Assembly: GCA_003559395.1 (NCBI GenBank)
Contig: PWLL01000017.1
Coordinates: 1 to 6,605, forward strand
Direction of reading: 5' to 3'
Source of the DNA: Candidatus Iainarchaeum sp.
GTDB lineage: Archaea; Iainarchaeota; Iainarchaeia; Iainarchaeales; CSSED10-239
DNA: 6,605 nt
A program made the translations under genes and the position numbers. Below are positions 5,513 to 6,605 of this stretch, piece by piece (positions within the stretch are counted from its first letter, which is position 1; each line of letters starts with the position of its first letter). The notes beneath the pieces were generated by a model that did no database searches, had not been told where the DNA came from, and saw only the letters and a list, made by a program, of their open reading frames with translations.

Positions 5513-6605
5513 TTATTGTTCTTCGGCATAATCTTCTATCTCTTCATCTAATCTTTCTTCTGCTCTCATCACCCACATCTGCAATATCTCGTTTCTTACA
5601 GCTATTCCTTGCACATCAAACAAAAGTTCTGTTTTGTTTATATCTTCTGGATATCTAAGATGTGTTTCTGTTATATCTTGTTCATAAACATGTTCTTTAT
5701 CATTAAAAACAAGGTCGTCTAGTTTTATGTTTGCTGATTTGTTTATTGATAAGATTTTTAGATTTTTTTCTTCTAGTATGTTTGTTATTGCTTCAACATC
5801 GATTGTTTCTTTATAAAACACAATCGATATGTTTCTTTTTGGTTCTTGAGTGATTTCATATTCTTCAAGTATTGAAGATATTTCTTCTTTTATGTTAATA
5901 TATTCTTCTACACTTATTTTTTCTTTAAAAGAGAGGATTATGTTTTCTTTAACAATCAAATCTTGCACTTCTTCTTTTTCTTTAATATAATCAAACTGAT
6001 TAGCATCTGTTATATTTTTATCAGGAACAACTTCTAGATTTTCTGAAACAAAAACATTTATTTCTTCTTCTGCAAATGTTTTTTTAAGATAATTTACATC
6101 TACTTCTGTGTAGATGTCTGTTTCTGCTGACAAGATGATTTTTTCGTTCCAAGATTCTATCTCATATACTTTTTGATCAAATATCATTTCTTGTTGTGTA
6201 CTTAGGTTTTGTTGTTCTTGTGCAACAAGATGTATAAGCGTATCTCCTTTAAACCAACCGACCACGCTTGCAAATAAAGCGTCTTCTTTTTCTGTATGGT
6301 ATGACATTATGGCTTCTACTTTTCCTGCAGGGTGAAAATATTCTTTTGTTTGGTTTGTGTCTGGATTTTTAAATTCAAGTTCTTTTGGAATTTCTAATAG
6401 TCCGTTTTGTAAAATATCTACTTGTTCAAAGATTTCAAGTTCTTGTAATTGCATATATATTTCTTCTTTTTTTTCTGAATCATATCCTACATGAATTAAA
6501 GCAACAATATCTTCTTCAATAGGAATAAAAGATATATCTACTGTGTTTACTCCTTCTATTTCTCTTAATGTGTTTTCTATTGTTGTTTCTTCATAAACGT
6601 TTGGA
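5513..6605 (-). CDS. Hypothetical protein, strongly acidic and Glu/Asp/Ile-rich; the 5' end probably lies beyond the right window edge
   Basis: The ORF track starts it at the ATG at 6452-6454. I translated the same minus frame upstream and it stays open to position 6604: PNVYEETTIENTLREIEGVNTVDISFIPIEEDIVALIHVGYDSEKKEEIYMQLQELEIF... The composition is identical to the rest of the protein. No TATA-like or SD-like signal lies directly upstream of the ATG at 6454. No known family is recognised, and no Cys cluster or transmembrane segment is present. Confidence 0.7.
   Translation of the reverse strand, partial: PNVYEETTIENTLREIEGVNTVDISFIPIEEDIVALIHVGYDSEKKEEIYMQLQELEIFEQVDILQNGLLEIPKELEFKNPDTNQTKEYFHPAGKVEAIMSYHTEKEDALFASVVGWFKGDTLIHLVAQEQQNLSTQQEMIFDQKVYEIESWNEKIILSAETDIYTEVDVNYLKKTFAEEEINVFVSENLEVVPDKNITDANQFDYIKEKEEVQDLIVKENIILSFKEKISVEEYINIKEEISSILEEYEITQEPKRNISIVFYKETIDVEAITNILEEKNLKILSINKSANIKLDDLVFNDKEHVYEQDITETHLRYPEDINKTELLFDVQGIAVRNEILQMWVMRAEERLDEEIEDYAEEQ

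Noticed and set aside
1-6605. CRISPR arrays, tandem repeats, transposase or integrase genes, or terminal inverted repeats of a mobile element
   Set aside because: Reading both strands showed no regularly spaced direct repeats, no recombinase-like ORF and no long duplicated segment. Only homopolymer A/T runs typical of the base composition were seen.

Overview
This is a very AT-rich (about 25-30% GC by eye, not computed), tightly packed window that looks archaeal. It encodes an archaeal-type nascent polypeptide-associated complex protein (NAC plus UBA) and the archaeal tRNA-wyosine radical-SAM enzyme Taw1. TATA-like boxes sit about 24-27 nt upstream of several ATGs, consistent with leaderless mRNAs. 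Gene content, Lys/Glu/Ile-rich proteins and near-zero intergenic spacing suggest a small-genome, DPANN-like archaeon; that is inference only. From left to right: (1) a 5'-truncated N4/N6-family DNA methyltransferase in frame +3, absent from the ORF track because two in-frame stop codons break it (likely a pseudogene); (2) CTP synthase pyrG; (3) on the minus strand, a 286-aa H-domain-only [FeFe]-hydrogenase-like protein that keeps all four H-cluster cysteine ligands and starts 2 nt after the stop of (4) Taw1; (5) a very basic 206-aa orphan protein; (6) NAC on the plus strand; (7) a very acidic orphan protein whose frame stays open to the right window edge, so it is longer than the ORF track shows. 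The most interesting signal is the ultraminimal hydrogenase-like gene translationally coupled to Taw1, an enzyme that needs an external reductant. No tRNA, rRNA, CRISPR array, transposase or long repeat was seen. All family assignments come from motif recognition by eye; no database search was run.
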